Source: Tubiluchus corallicola
Taxonomy: Eukaryota > Animalia > Priapulida
DNA: 64,000 nt
Assembly (NCBI GenBank): GCA_030141605.1
Contig: JAQGDQ010000689.1
Coordinates: 47,979-111,978 of the forward strand
Reading direction: 5' to 3'
A program made the position numbers and the translations under genes. Below are positions 11,661 through 24,581 of this stretch, piece by piece (position 1 is the stretch's first letter; each line of letters starts with the position of its first letter). The notes under the pieces were generated by a model. That model was given only the letters and a program-made list of their open reading frames with translations. It ran no database searches and was not told the DNA's origin.

Positions 11661-14600
11661 ATGGAAAAATTTCCATGTGTAACCTGTTGTAAACCTTGTA
11701 AAAATAACCAAAAATGTGTCTGTTGTGACGTTTGTAACATGTGGGTACACCTTAAGTGTACCATGCTGAATGTGAATGAATTTAATCACTATGCTGTGTC
11801 TTCTGATAATTACTTTTGTTTAAAATGTATAAATGAATCTTTGCCTTTTCAGTGTATTGATGATGCTGATTTATGCGAATTGTTTTCAAATCTAACAAAT
11901 GTATACTGTCTGTCTTCTTTACTTGATTTTCCTTCACTCGCAAAACCAAAATGGGATGATGCTGATCCTGATGCACATCTTACCAGGTTTGATAGTAAAT
12001 ACTATAGTTTGCATACACTAGAGACAAATTCTAATCTAAAAAAGTCTAACAATGATTTATTAATAGTACATTTTAATCTCAATAGTATTCAGAAGAGATT
12101 TTCTAATATGCTAGATGTACTCATGCACTTTACTGTTCCTCCTGATATTATTGGAATATCGGAAACAAGATTGAACGAAATTAATCAATCTTTTATAACG
12201 AGTTTACCTAACTATACTTTCTTGCATGTTGATTCTAAAACTTGCGCAGGTGGCGTAGCTATTTATCTTAAATCGGGCTTGAGGTATACAGTAAAAGATG
12301 AGTACAAAATTAATTGTGATACAGAAATAGTAACTACAAGTAAAAATGGTAATAGCATTACTCAAAAATCACGTATACAAGTTGAGGATATGTGGCTTGA
12401 TGTTGAAGTACCTGGTAAAAAGAAACCAATCACATTTGGAGTGATCTATCGACACCCACATACCAATGTCCATCATTTTCACAGCGAGATGGACTCTATG
12501 TTAATGCCATTAATGAGTCAGGAAAGACTTGTTATATCTGTGGCGATATTAATCTAAATCTTATGCAAATAGAAGAAAAAACATTTATTGCAGATTATTT
12601 GAATTTACTTTACTCTAATCAGTTTTTTCCATTAGTAACACGGCCAACTTGAATAACCAACCATTCTCAGACACTTATTGACCATATATATACAAATAGT
12701 CTATCTAATTATATCTGGTATTATACTCTATGAAGTGTCGGATCATCTACCAGTGTTTGCTATTATTAAAAATATTGGTAACTTAATAGTTAAAAAGAAA
12801 ATTTAAATCAGGGATAAACGGAATTTTAACATGATTTTATTTCTGGAGGATTTGCAAAATAAGATCGATGCTGTTGATTTTTCCGAGGTGCCAACTAATT
12901 CTGCCTTCTGTACCTTTTTCCAAATATATCAAGAACTTCTTAATAAACATGCCCCACTTAAGACATTGTCAAGAACTGAAAAAGTAACTTTCTCCAAGCC
13001 ATGGTTAACTAAAGGTATTCTTGTGTCAATAAAAACTAAAAGTAGATTATACAAGGACTGTAAGACTACAACTAGTATCTTAAAAATTAATCAATATAAA
13101 CAGTTTTCTAATAAACTTAATCATCTCATAAATTTAGCCAAAAGAAATTATTATTGTACTTTACTACATGATAATAAAACTAATATTAGAAAGACTTGGG
13201 CAACATTGAATGATTTGATCAATGGACAAAACAAGCAGCGCATAACTCCAACTAAACTAGTAATAAATCATGCTGAGATTACGGAACCCCCTGCTATCTG
13301 TGAATTCATGAATAATTATTTTGCATCGGTTGGTTCTGATATGGTAAAAAAAGTGCCATCTACTCCAATAACATTTGATTCTTTCCTTAGAATGCCTAAT
13401 CAGAACTCCTTCTTTTTTGCGCCAATTATCGAGTATGAAGTTTCCTGTGCTATTGCTGCATTAAAAACCAATAAATCACCAGGACCCGAAAACATCTCGA
13501 ATCGGTTTTTTAAAATTTCACAGTCCATTATAACTCCATTATTAACTATGCTGTTCAATAAATGTGTAGAAGGGGGTATCTATCCTGACGTGTTGAAAAT
13601 TGCAAAAATAATCCCGATTTACAAATCTGATTCTCCCATTAATCCCACTAATTAACAATATCTCTCGTATCTCCCATATCAAAGATTTTTGAAAAATTAA
13701 TTTACTCTAGGCTAGCTAATTTTTTTTTAAAAGAACAAATTTTAACTAAATTCCAATTTGGATTCAGAAAAAATCATTCTACATCTTTAGCTGTGTCAGA
13801 AATAATTGAAAACTTTCTTGCGAATATTGATAATACGAAAACTGCTTGTGCTACATTTTCAGATATATGGAAAGCATTCGACACGGTACAACATGGCATT
13901 TTGTTGTATAAGTTATCATACTATGGTATCAGGGGATGTCCACTTGCGCTTTTCACGTCTTACCTTACTAATAGGAAACAGTTTACGTCTATTGACTCAT
14001 CGGATTCTAAACTTGCTGATATAACCTGTGGTGTCCGACAGGGTTCTACATTGGGGCCATTGTTATTTCTTTTATATATTAACGATCTGCCATCTTGTTC
14101 GCAATTTAACACCAGATTGTTTGCAGACGATACAAACTTATTTTTATCACACCAAAATATCAAAACATTAGAACATTCAGTAAATATTGGAACTGGACAA
14201 TATTAATAAATGGATGCAAGCAAATAAGCTATCGATAAATTATAAAAAAACAAAATATATGTTAATTGGAAACAAGCAACATAACAATAGTTTAAACATG
14301 AATATGGGAGGTTGTAATATTCAATCTACCCAAGAAATCAAATATCTTGGCATATTTATAGATAGTAGAATTACTTGGAAAACACATGTACAGCATATAA
14401 TCAACAAAATTAGCAAATTAAGTGGTGTATTAGCTAGAATATGACACTACATAAATGTAGATGCACTACGGCTCTTATATTCTTCTCTTGTCATGCCATA
14501 TCTGAGTTATGGCATTCTCGCCTGGGATAGTGCTTCAGCATCGGTCTTAAAATCATTGATTTCTAAACAAAACAAGATTATCAAACTTATAATATTTACT

Positions 14601-14948
14601 AGCAAAAGGGAACATGCAACACCTTTGTATTTGCAATTAAATCTACTAAAAGTATATGTTCTGTATAAATTAGAATTGCTCAAGTTTGTATATCAATTCA
14701 AAAACAATTCACTTCCGGATCTCTTCAGCAATTATTATACTTTAGCATGTCACATGCATCACCACTCTACTAGGTTTGCTACTACCCAATCTTATTTTAT
14801 TGAAAGATTTAACTCATCTAAAGGCCAGAATTCTTTAAAAAACCAAGGATCTTTGCTGTGGAATTCATTATCAGACCAGTTAAAGTCAAGTAACTACAAA
14901 AAGTTAATTCTAAACTATAAAAAACAACTTATTGCAGGATACAAATGA
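11661..14948 (+). pseudogene. LINE ORF2 (PHD finger, APE endonuclease, reverse transcriptase), disrupted
   Basis: PHD C-x2-C...WVHLKC; APE DIIGISET, GGVAIY, GVIYRHP, SDH; RT KAFDTV, GVRQGSTLGPLLFLLYINDL, LFADDT, KYLG. Broken by several stops and frameshifts (e.g. ~12540, 12650, 13655, 14190, 14444). Confidence 0.9.
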
Positions 14949-15759
14949 ATGAGACATTTTACTTATGTACTTGTAATACTATACATATTTTTTTCATTGT
15001 TACGACACTTTAAGTTTTTGTTATATTTTGATTTCATTTTGTCTGATTTACAGTTGATATAGTTTTTCGATGGTTTAATTTATTATATTTTCTTTCTCGA
15101 CAATTTCAGTCATTGATGTTATTATTACAACATTTCAGTTTTGTTTTTTCTTATTTGCTTCTGTTTTTTGTTTTGTTTTGTATGATTTATAGTTGCCTTA
15201 TTTTTCCTTGGTTTAATTTATTATATTTTTTTCTCGACAGCTTTGGTTGATCATTCTACTGTTTTTTGTTTTTTCTGCCGGATTTTTTAGTTAATGCTCA
15301 AATTATGCATTTCTTTCTGTTATGTTAAAAATCTTAAGTTATTTTTATTATGTTTGCTTCGCATGATTCACAGTATTTTAGAATTGTAAATCTTTCGTTA
15401 TTTAAACTATATGTTCTACAGTATTACGATACCCATCATTTAATTGCCGAATACACACATCAACCGAATACAAATTTAAATTGAGAACGATGCCATAATT
15501 AATTTTATTTAATCATAGCTATTTAAGGGTGGCTGACTAGATAACTTACGGGTTCTTCGCTGCCGTTCTCCTTTGCTTCGAAATATTGCATGTATTCCTG
15601 ATACTGTATTTTTATCATTCTTGCGGAGTTGATAAATAAATTGAATTGAATTAATGCAAATGAGGGACATAATCTGTCCGGACTCAGTTGCAAAAAAATT
15701 TCGCGGCCGGCCACGTTCTATTTTCCTTTAGAAGAGTGTTACACACTACACAGTAGTAA

Positions 15760-16844
15760 TGTAGGGAGCCGAGTAATCCACTAGGCCAAGTAGGACACTT
15801 CCGGTAAAACCCATGTGCTAAAAGTAGTGTCCTACATGGGCAGCCCAAGTAGGACACTAGCGATTTTTGTCGAGAATCGGTAATTTTGTCAAATTTTTAA
15901 AAATTCTGTGAAGGTTTCTTCATTTTATTAAAAATTGTGCTTGTTGGTTGAGTTGTCGTCAGTTTGGCGTCATGAAAACTTGCTTGACCAGGTGTTTAAC
16001 TCAGCATGCAGTACGCAGCTATTGTTTTGCGATGACTTTTGTAACTCGTTCACTGAACGAGAGTTTGTTTGGTAACAAAGCAGCTCATTTAGCACTCTAG
16101 CATTGTTCAGCAGTATGTTTATAATAGAGGTTTTTTACAATAATTTCATCATTATGATTAGCTCCATTAATATCATCATAACATTAAACCTAGTATCTAA
16201 TGCTTTAAAGAGAGAAACTCTGCACACAGTTATTACAGAAATAATTGCAAATTTAAAAATGAGACAGATGCTGCTAAGCCTTCACAACACCAAAAAGTAA
16301 TTTTTAACATTTAGGAAAAGCAAGGATAATTAGTTTTAATATTATCAGTAGTATTGTAACATGTAGGGCACTGTCCTACATGGCTCGCTAGCCCATGTAG
16401 GACACATAGATCGCTAGAACGTTTACTTATAAGAAAACAATTATTTGCCCAAGAGGTAGTGAAACGGATCACCTGTTTGTGAAGTGAGACAAAATCAAAA
16501 ATGATATACCTTAAACAAATGTTGTATTCGCAAAAAAGTGGTGTTTTTCACTTCAACAACATTAATATCGAAACCAAATTTAATATTGTCCGTTCTACCA
16601 GCTCAGAATAAAATTCTTTTATTTTATTAGATGTATGATAAATTATTCAACGTGTACTAACGTTTTTAATTATTATTATTACATAAACAAGGACAATGGA
16701 CGGTGTCAGTACGCTTAACGACTCAATTCGCGACCTGTCTCTAGTGTCCTACTTGAGCTAGCCCATGTACACTGCGTCCTACTTGGGCTAGCCCAAATAC
16801 GCCAATTGGTCTACTTGGGCTAGTGGGTTACTCGGCTCCCTACA
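15760..16844. mobile_element. Non-autonomous DNA transposon with TGT...ACA termini (Ginger-like)
   Basis: TIRs tgtagggagccgagtaa / ttactcggctccctaca; 4-bp direct repeat gtaa at 15756-15759 and 16845-16848; repeated subterminal gtaggacac motifs. Confidence 0.75.
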
Positions 16845-16849
16845 GTAAA

Positions 16850-17665
16850 ATGGCAACGTTTTCAAGTAAAAAACCCCATAAAGGGAAAGTTGCTGTTGTC
16901 ACTGGATCCACTTACGGGATTGGATACAGTATTGCAAGACGTTTAGCTCAAGATGGAGCTAGTGTTATGATTTGTAGCAGATCAAAAGAGAATGTTGAAA
17001 AAGCTGTAGAAATGCTCAAAGCTGAAGGACTGATAGTGAATGGAACTGTTTGTGATGTTTTGAAAGAAAATGACTGGAAATCATTAATTGATCAGACAAT
17101 AGAAAATTTTGGTGGAGTGGACATTTTTGTCTCAAACACAGGAGGTGGACGTACTCTTGAAAAAATTGGTGGGATAGTAGGTCCAATATTGGACGTCACT
17201 GAGGAAGGCTGGGATGCCATGATGAAATTTAACTTGAAAGCGGGATTCTTTATAGCCAAATTAGCTGCTGCTAGTATGGAGAGCAGAGGTGGTGGTAACA
17301 TAATCTTCAATTCATCAATTTGTGGATACCAAGCGTGTGCTGGATGTGAACTGCTACCTGGAACAGGTTTGTACTCAGTGACGAAGACAGCCATTTTGGG
17401 TTTAGTTCAAGCCATGGCGCCACAGTGCGCAGAAAAAGGAATACGTGTAAATGCAGTAGCACCTGGAGTGATCGAAACGTCACTGGTCAGTTTTCTTAAA
17501 AACATGCCTGAAACTACAGCTGCCTACTTAAATCGCTGCCCTATGAGACGCTTTGGACAGCCCGAGGAAGTAGCGGGAATGGTGTCATTTCTCTGTTCAA
17601 ATGATGCTAGCTACATAACTGGTGAAACAATTGGTATTAATGGCGGTTTTCCTACTAGATTGTGA
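16850..17665 (+). CDS. Short-chain dehydrogenase/reductase, DHRS4/DHRS2-like, intronless, 271 aa
   Basis: TGSTYGIG cofactor motif, SS...YSVTK catalytic motif, IRVNAVAPG, DASYITGE, C-terminal GGFPTRL (PTS1-like). Uninterrupted ORF; ATG at 16850 in aaaATGG context. Confidence 0.9.
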   Translation: MATFSSKKPHKGKVAVVTGSTYGIGYSIARRLAQDGASVMICSRSKENVEKAVEMLKAEGLIVNGTVCDVLKENDWKSLIDQTIENFGGVDIFVSNTGGGRTLEKIGGIVGPILDVTEEGWDAMMKFNLKAGFFIAKLAAASMESRGGGNIIFNSSICGYQACAGCELLPGTGLYSVTKTAILGLVQAMAPQCAEKGIRVNAVAPGVIETSLVSFLKNMPETTAAYLNRCPMRRFGQPEEVAGMVSFLCSNDASYITGETIGINGGFPTRL

Positions 17666-18183
17666 TCAAGACTTTCGACTTTAAACCATGTGGACTTTCT
17701 GTTCTGTGTTTTTTGCTTTCATTCATTTTCTTATTTTAAATCTGAGTTTCTCTGCATTTTGAATTCTGCTAAGACCTTCGGAAAATATTGTTTTAAATTT
17801 TAAATTTAAGCACTTGACACATAATCAATTTGCGTTAGCTTTGTACCTACACTGCACTTCATGCTAAGACAGTATTAAACCTAAATTTTTCAATCCAAGT
17901 TGGTCGGTTTATATTGGCAAATCCAAATTTAGCAGGACGTGTGCTCAGTTGAAAAACAGATTGGACTGCGATTGATCATTTTACTGGTAGTTAGTTAGAA
18001 TCAAGTATTGGCCATGAGCAACCGAGACACAGATACGGTTTAATTTGCAAGGATTATTTACCTTTTATGTAAAATTTTTATCAAGTTTACACATAGTAGT
18101 CCTATCTGGCTCGATATTTACTTGTGGGTGACAGTGTAAAAGAATTGGGATACGTTCCAGAGTCAAAAATTACAACAACTACA

Positions 18184-19058
18184 ACCCAATCTTATTTTAT
18201 TGAAAGATTTAACTCATCTAAAGGCCAGAATTCTTTAAAACACCAAGGATCTTTGCTGTGGAATTCATTACCAGACCAGTTAAAGTCAAGTAACTACAAA
18301 AAGTTAATTCTAAACTATAAAAAACAACTTATTGCAGGATACAAATAAATGAGACATTTTGCTTATATACTTGTAATACTATACATATTTTTTTCATTGC
18401 TACGACACTTAAAGATTTTGTTTAAGTTTTTGTTATATTTTGATTTCATTTTGTCTGATTTACAGTTGAAATAGTTTTTCGATGGTTTAATTTATTATAT
18501 TTTCTTTCTCGACAAATTCAGTCATTGATGTTATTATTACAACATTTCACTTTGTTTTTTTCTCATTTGCTTCTGTTTCTTGTTTTGTTTTGTATGATTT
18601 ATATTTGCCATATTTTTCCTTGGTTTAATCTATTATATTTTTTTCTCGACAGCTTTGGTTGATCATTCTACTGTTTTTTGTTTTTTTGCTGGATTTTCTA
18701 GTTTCTGTTATCTTAAAAATCTCAAGTTATTTTTATTGTGTTTGCTTCGCATGATTCACAGTATTTTAGAATTGTAAATCTTTCGTTATTTAAGCTATAT
18801 GTTCTACAGTATTACGATATCTATCATTTAATTGCCAAATTAAGACACATCAACCGAATACAAATTTAAATTGATAATGATGCCATAATTAAGTTTATTT
18901 AATCATAACTATTTAAGGGTGGCTGACTTGATAACCTATGGGTTCTTCGCTGCCCTTCTCCTTTGCTTCAAAATATTGCATGTATTCTTTATACTGTATT
19001 TTTATCATTCTAACGGAGATAATAAATAAATTGAATTGAAATTGAATTGAATTGAATT
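18184..19058 (+). mobile_element. Second, 5'-truncated copy of the same LINE (3' ~870 bp)
   Basis: Near-identical direct repeat of 14784-15652 (QSYFIERFNSSKGQNSLK..AGYK, 3' UTR, (TTGAA)n tail). Confidence 0.92.
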
Positions 19059-19297
19059 TCAGTTTTTAAAGCTAATAATTGCTTTTAATATATACTTCTT
19101 TTATTAAAAACGCAAAAGTGATTTTGGCTTATCAAAATTGCACGTATGCCAACACTACTGGTAAACTTAATAATATTATTATTACAGTCAATGCGGCGCT
19201 CCAAATTTTTTACTGAATCGCCGTTTGATGCCGCCAGCATAGCCGCTAATCGCAAAAATGAAATACGTAACAATTAACGATTTCTGCTATTGCCATC

Positions 19298-22200
19298 ATG
19301 GAGGTTGAAATGATGATTTTAGTTGTCATCGTTTTATTATTAATTTTGTTGGGTTTGACAGTTTTGGCTTTGCTGTCGTATTATGGTTTGTTTCACGAAA
19401 TCAAGGTCGGCGCCGGAAAACCTCCAATACGCAATGTGGAAGTGGCATACAAAACTGGCACAGGTCCTTATAATAGTGTAGGGAAATTGTTTTGCGAGCT
19501 TGCTCGACATAGAACAACTCAAAGAGAAATTGGAGTGTACTATGACGACCCAAAGCAGGCATGTCCTACGTTTTTGTTTTATCCCGCCTTTTTGTGTTAA
19601 CTGATTTTTAAAGTCCATACATTACAAAGCAGAGGTTACATTGCTAGTCTTGATAATATAATTTTATTTTGGAATGTCTATACTATAGTATTTTAAAATT
19701 TTTATAAAAATCAGAAGAATGTTTACAATTTACAATTCTACTATCATTCAGGATTCAACAAGGAAGTTACTGGCAAATGATGAGTCATAACTGAAAAACA
19801 AAGAAACAATGAGTTAATACAATTTCAAAATTACTGAAATTACTGTCTGAGCGGTTTGTAAATTCATTATTTGTTTCTAATACATGAATAATCACATTGA
19901 AAGCTAATTAATGACCCATTATGGTTTTCAGGTGCCTGCTCATAAGCTGCGTTTTCTTGCTGGCTTGATTCTTGCCGAAGGTGACGAGCAACCGGACGAA
20001 TCTCTCAAGGAAAGCCTGAAGGCCGACGGCTATTCGTTCTGTAGCTTTCCGTCTTTGACCCACGCTGTCACGACCACATTTCCACACAAGGGCATGCTGT
20101 CCATATTCATGGCCGTGACGCGAGTTTATCCGAAAATATGCGAATATGTACAGGCATGCAATATTTGTTTCATTGTTCAAATTTTTCCATTTGCAAGTAG
20201 CGTAGTTAATTGAGAAATTGCACATGTATTTTATGGGACTGTATTGATACACCTAAGGCTTAATATGATACGTATCATGATACACCTAGGGCTCAATATG
20301 ATACGTATCATGATACACCCGAGTTAATGTCTACAGGATTAAGAAACTAGATGAAGCCATTGATGAAAATGCTAAACATACTTTATCAGTCAACAGTTTT
20401 AGGAATACTGCCTGCCACATCAGTTTAGTAATTCTGTTGTTTCACATGGACTTTACTTAATTATGCATTAGTCTGTGTGTAGAGTGATTTACTAAGAGTG
20501 ATTTATAGTGCACAGGGTGATTTACTATCAGAGTCTGGCTTAGAAACAAGAAAAAATAAACTAGGTAAGGTTCTCGCTAGCTGTTAAAACTGTTACTATT
20601 ACAACAGCTTGGGCTGCGAGGCATTGTCAAGTGTACACAAATGCGTTGTCTGGTACACTTAACCTCTGACCTTTTCACAATTATCGTCAGTCACCGCATA
20701 CAGCTTGAGCTTGAGTCATACAGCCATTAAATTCACATCAATTCAGTACTGAACTTTAGCTATGCAACTCCTGTAGTCTTAAAATGCATGTAGCTTGCTC
20801 AGAACTTCAGCTTTCACTTTCATACAGTCACTTGTTAAGAAACCTAAATCTTAATTTAAACATAACCGTTTTTCTGTTCAGAAGTCATTGTTTTTACATT
20901 GTTTTTACAATGGCTGTTTATCAGCAACAATTCACTGTGCTTTATCTTGGCTGGCATTATAACTGGGTAAATTTATTATGTAAATTGGACTCTTGGCACA
21001 GCAGATATGTTGCCGGATGTTTTTAGGCAAAGTTGTAGTAAGGAGGACCTGTTAAATTATGTTAAAAGCATTAGATTATGGTAGATAATTATGTTGATGA
21101 ATGCTGGTATGAAGCCCAGTTAAGGAGTGGTGTCACGTGAGTAAGTGATTCAGAACCGAAGCTCAGCGCACGATATATAAGCCTTGTGATGCGCCCATCT
21201 CAGGAGACTGAGTCTGGGAGCTGAAGGAGAGCAGGCTAGATCAGGGGGCTTGGCATTACTATCTGTTATATTTATTGTGTTTGATGTTCAATAAATGTGT
21301 AGTTTTATAATCAGACTCTTCATAGTTTTGCCATCTCTAAATCATCAATAATAAGCTATATACAACCAATACAAGGAATTATTTTACTGTTGTCGTTATT
21401 CCCTATAATTGATATGTCATGGTCGGTATTCCCTATATTTGATATGTCATGGTCGGTATTCCCTATATTTGATATGTCATGGAAATCGGGCAACACTTGA
21501 TGTTATGCTGAGGCTAGCGGTATAGCGGGGTTTGACTGTACCAATAAAACACGTCTTATTTTTAGGAGCATCAACTATGTGCACATCCCATGATTGAAAT
21601 CTACGTCGGTGACACGATACATTTCATGGCTCCGTTGTCGAAACAGGACGAATTCTACGTCCCCGAGGTGAAAGAGATAAGCGAAAGCGAAGGGGACGAC
21701 TCCGAGAATGCGGAGGAGGACGGAGGCGACGTTGATAGATCGGAAACGGAAAAGAGTAGTAAGGTAAGCATGGTCTCCGGTTCAAGTCCCGAGTGGTTCG
21801 AAATTTTTCAGCATCTCATTTTTTTCTTCAACTCTTTGCCCGCAAGTGTAATTAATTGTTGTGAACTAAATCGCGATGGTTTATCAATATTCTGATATTA
21901 GCAGTCATAATCTAAATTAATGCCGTTCTGCAAATTCTTGTTGATTTTGCGTAAAGGTACGACTCCTTGTGTACGTAATGCGCGATGTTTAATGCGTAAT
22001 GCGTATGCAACAGTTCATATTTAAACATGTCGAAGTGTTTTCATGTGTGTGTGATCCGTAACGCGTATGCAACAGCTTACATTACAACGTGTAGAAGTGT
22101 TTTCCATGTGTGCATGTTCCATAATGCGTTGTCAATAGTTTGCATTACAACTTGTAGAAGTGTTTTCATGTGTGTGTGATCCGTAACGCGTATACAACAG

Positions 22201-24547
22201 CTTACATTACAACGTGTAGAAGTGTTTTCCATGTGTGCATGTTCCATAATGCGTTCTCAGTAGTTTGCATTTCAACTTGTAGAAGTGTTTTTCATGTGTG
22301 CGTGATCCGTAATGCGTATACAACAGCTTACATTACAACTTGTAGAAGTGTTTTCATGTGTGCGTGATCCGTAATGCGTATACAATGGTTTACATTACAA
22401 CGTGTAGAAGTGTTTCCGTGTGTGCGTGATCCGTAATGCGTATACAATGGTTTACATTACAACTTGTAGAAGTGTTTTCATGTGTGTGTGATTCGTAACG
22501 CGTATACAACAGCTTACATTACAACGTGTAGAAGTGTTTTCCATGTGTGCGTGTTCCATAATGCGTTCTCAGTAGCTTGCATTTCAACTTGTAGAAGTGT
22601 TTTTCATGTGTGCGTGATCCATAATGCGTTTACAACGGTTTACATTACAACTTGTAGAAGTGTTTTCATGTGTGTGTGATCCGTAACGCGTATACAACAG
22701 CTTACATTACAACGTGTAGAAGTGTTTTCCATGTGTGCGTGTTCCATAATGCGTTCTCAGTAGTTTGCATTTCAACTTGTAGAAGTGTTTTTCATGTGTG
22801 CGTGATCCATAATGCGTTTACAACAGCTTGCATTTCATCGTGTAGAAGTGCTTCAATGTGTACGTAATGCGTGATGCATGATCCGTATTCATTTGCGATT
22901 TGCTAATTCCTAAAGGCGCCTTATATCTGTAAAAATCATATATCACAAGAAAACAGATGAATGTTGTGCACATCATGTATGCTGTATTGTGTATATCGAT
23001 ATTTTGGTACGTAATTTTGAGTCAAAGGTGAGGAGACACCTGTTCTAGACTAGTGAACTTCCTTGAGATGGTTTCTAGAAGGCAGGAAAGTGGTCTAAAA
23101 TGCACTAAAATGTATTGTTGTGTGGATGGACCTCGCAGGGGAGCTTACACTGCCCCCAGACCCAGGAGACACCTGTTCTGAACTAGTAAACTTCCTAGAG
23201 ATGGTTTCTAGAAGGCAGGAAAGTGGTCCAAAATGCACTAAAATGCATTGTTGTGTGGATGGTCCTCGCAGGGGAGCTTACACCGCCCCCAGACCCAGGA
23301 GACACCTGTTCTAAACTAGTGAACTTCCTAGAGATGGTTTCTAGAAGGCAGGAAAAGTGGTCCAAAATGCACTAAAATGCATTGTTGTCCGGGTGGACCT
23401 TGCAGGGGAGTTCACACCGCCCCCAGACCCTCTAACTGCTTTTTTGTTGGGCCCACGGTGGTTCTAAAACCTGCATCCGCTATTGATTAAAGCGTAAATT
23501 CTGCTTCATCACTGTTCTGGCTTCAGTGTTAATCTGTAATTAGGTGTATTGAAGCCACTGCCCCCGGTTTTTGGGCTTTGCAGTTTAACGCATATTTTCT
23601 TAACCTCGAATCTTCTGGCACATTCGAGCGTTTCTCCGACACAACTTCCTCGCAGTTCATTCAGCCCAGGCGTGTACGTTCGCGGCGTGTTTGTTTTGAT
23701 GTCGTATGCTTTGCCCCGTGTTTTTGAAAAACATATTTACACATGTTGGCTTTGTTGACATAGTTGGCGTGCACAATTTGCACCGAAGTTCCTTATCAGT
23801 GGTAATGAGATATATTGTGGATTTATGCTGTAGTTAGTTCGGAAGAATGTGATTGGGGATTAATCGGAGAAAAGGGAATTCACACTTGCCCATTGTGTCA
23901 TTAGGTATATAAAATTCACAAAATTCCTCATTAGAGAATATTTATACGTGTGTAAACCGAAACCGCCCATAACTACGTTATGATGTTTCAAAGTAGAACA
24001 CACCAAAAATTTGTCATTTGTCAATTTCAATTTTGTTGTTTTTTATAAAATTAAATGCTAAATATATTGGTCTTTTATATTCTAGCATCAAATTAACTGG
24101 AAAATGTTAAAAAAGCACTAAAAATCTAATTTTATAACCCCGTACCCACTTTTCTGTCTAGAAATTAGGACTGCAATTGTAAAAAACTTGTATTTTCAAA
24201 CTCTGATAAGTAGCTCATGGAAGCAGTCATTTTGCTTGGGATTTTTTCTGCTGCCAAGCCCAGATCTTTGTCAGGTAGAGCCATCTACTGGGTTTAAACG
24301 TAACTTCAATGTGTTCTTGCAAAGTCCGTAGCTACGAACATTTGTGCTTGTTTGAACTATGCCGACTTATGGACAGTTTTGGTAGCAAGCACCTATATTA
24401 TATTTTTTCTTGACTTTAACTTGATTTGATAGCATTTTAATAGTATTCTAAATTTGTATTTTAATTTTCTAAATTTACGACTAATTGCATTTGATTGTAA
24501 CGAATGATACATGCAGGTTACTGCTCGTAAAAAATTATTATTATTAC

Positions 24548-24581
<34 letters not shown>

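Larger units (their letters stand above)
10692..15652 (+). mobile_element. Near-full-length, decayed CR1/L2-group LINE (ORF1 + PHD-APE-RT ORF2)
   Basis: ORF1 followed by ORF2 fragments 11661..14948; T-rich 3' UTR ending in AATAAA and (TTGAA)n. Confidence 0.9.

Noticed and set aside
16850-17665. Bacterial horizontal transfer of the intronless SDR
   Set aside because: Features (AQDGASVMICSR, DASYITGE, PTS1-like end) and host-like composition fit the animal DHRS4 group better; a phylogeny would be decisive.
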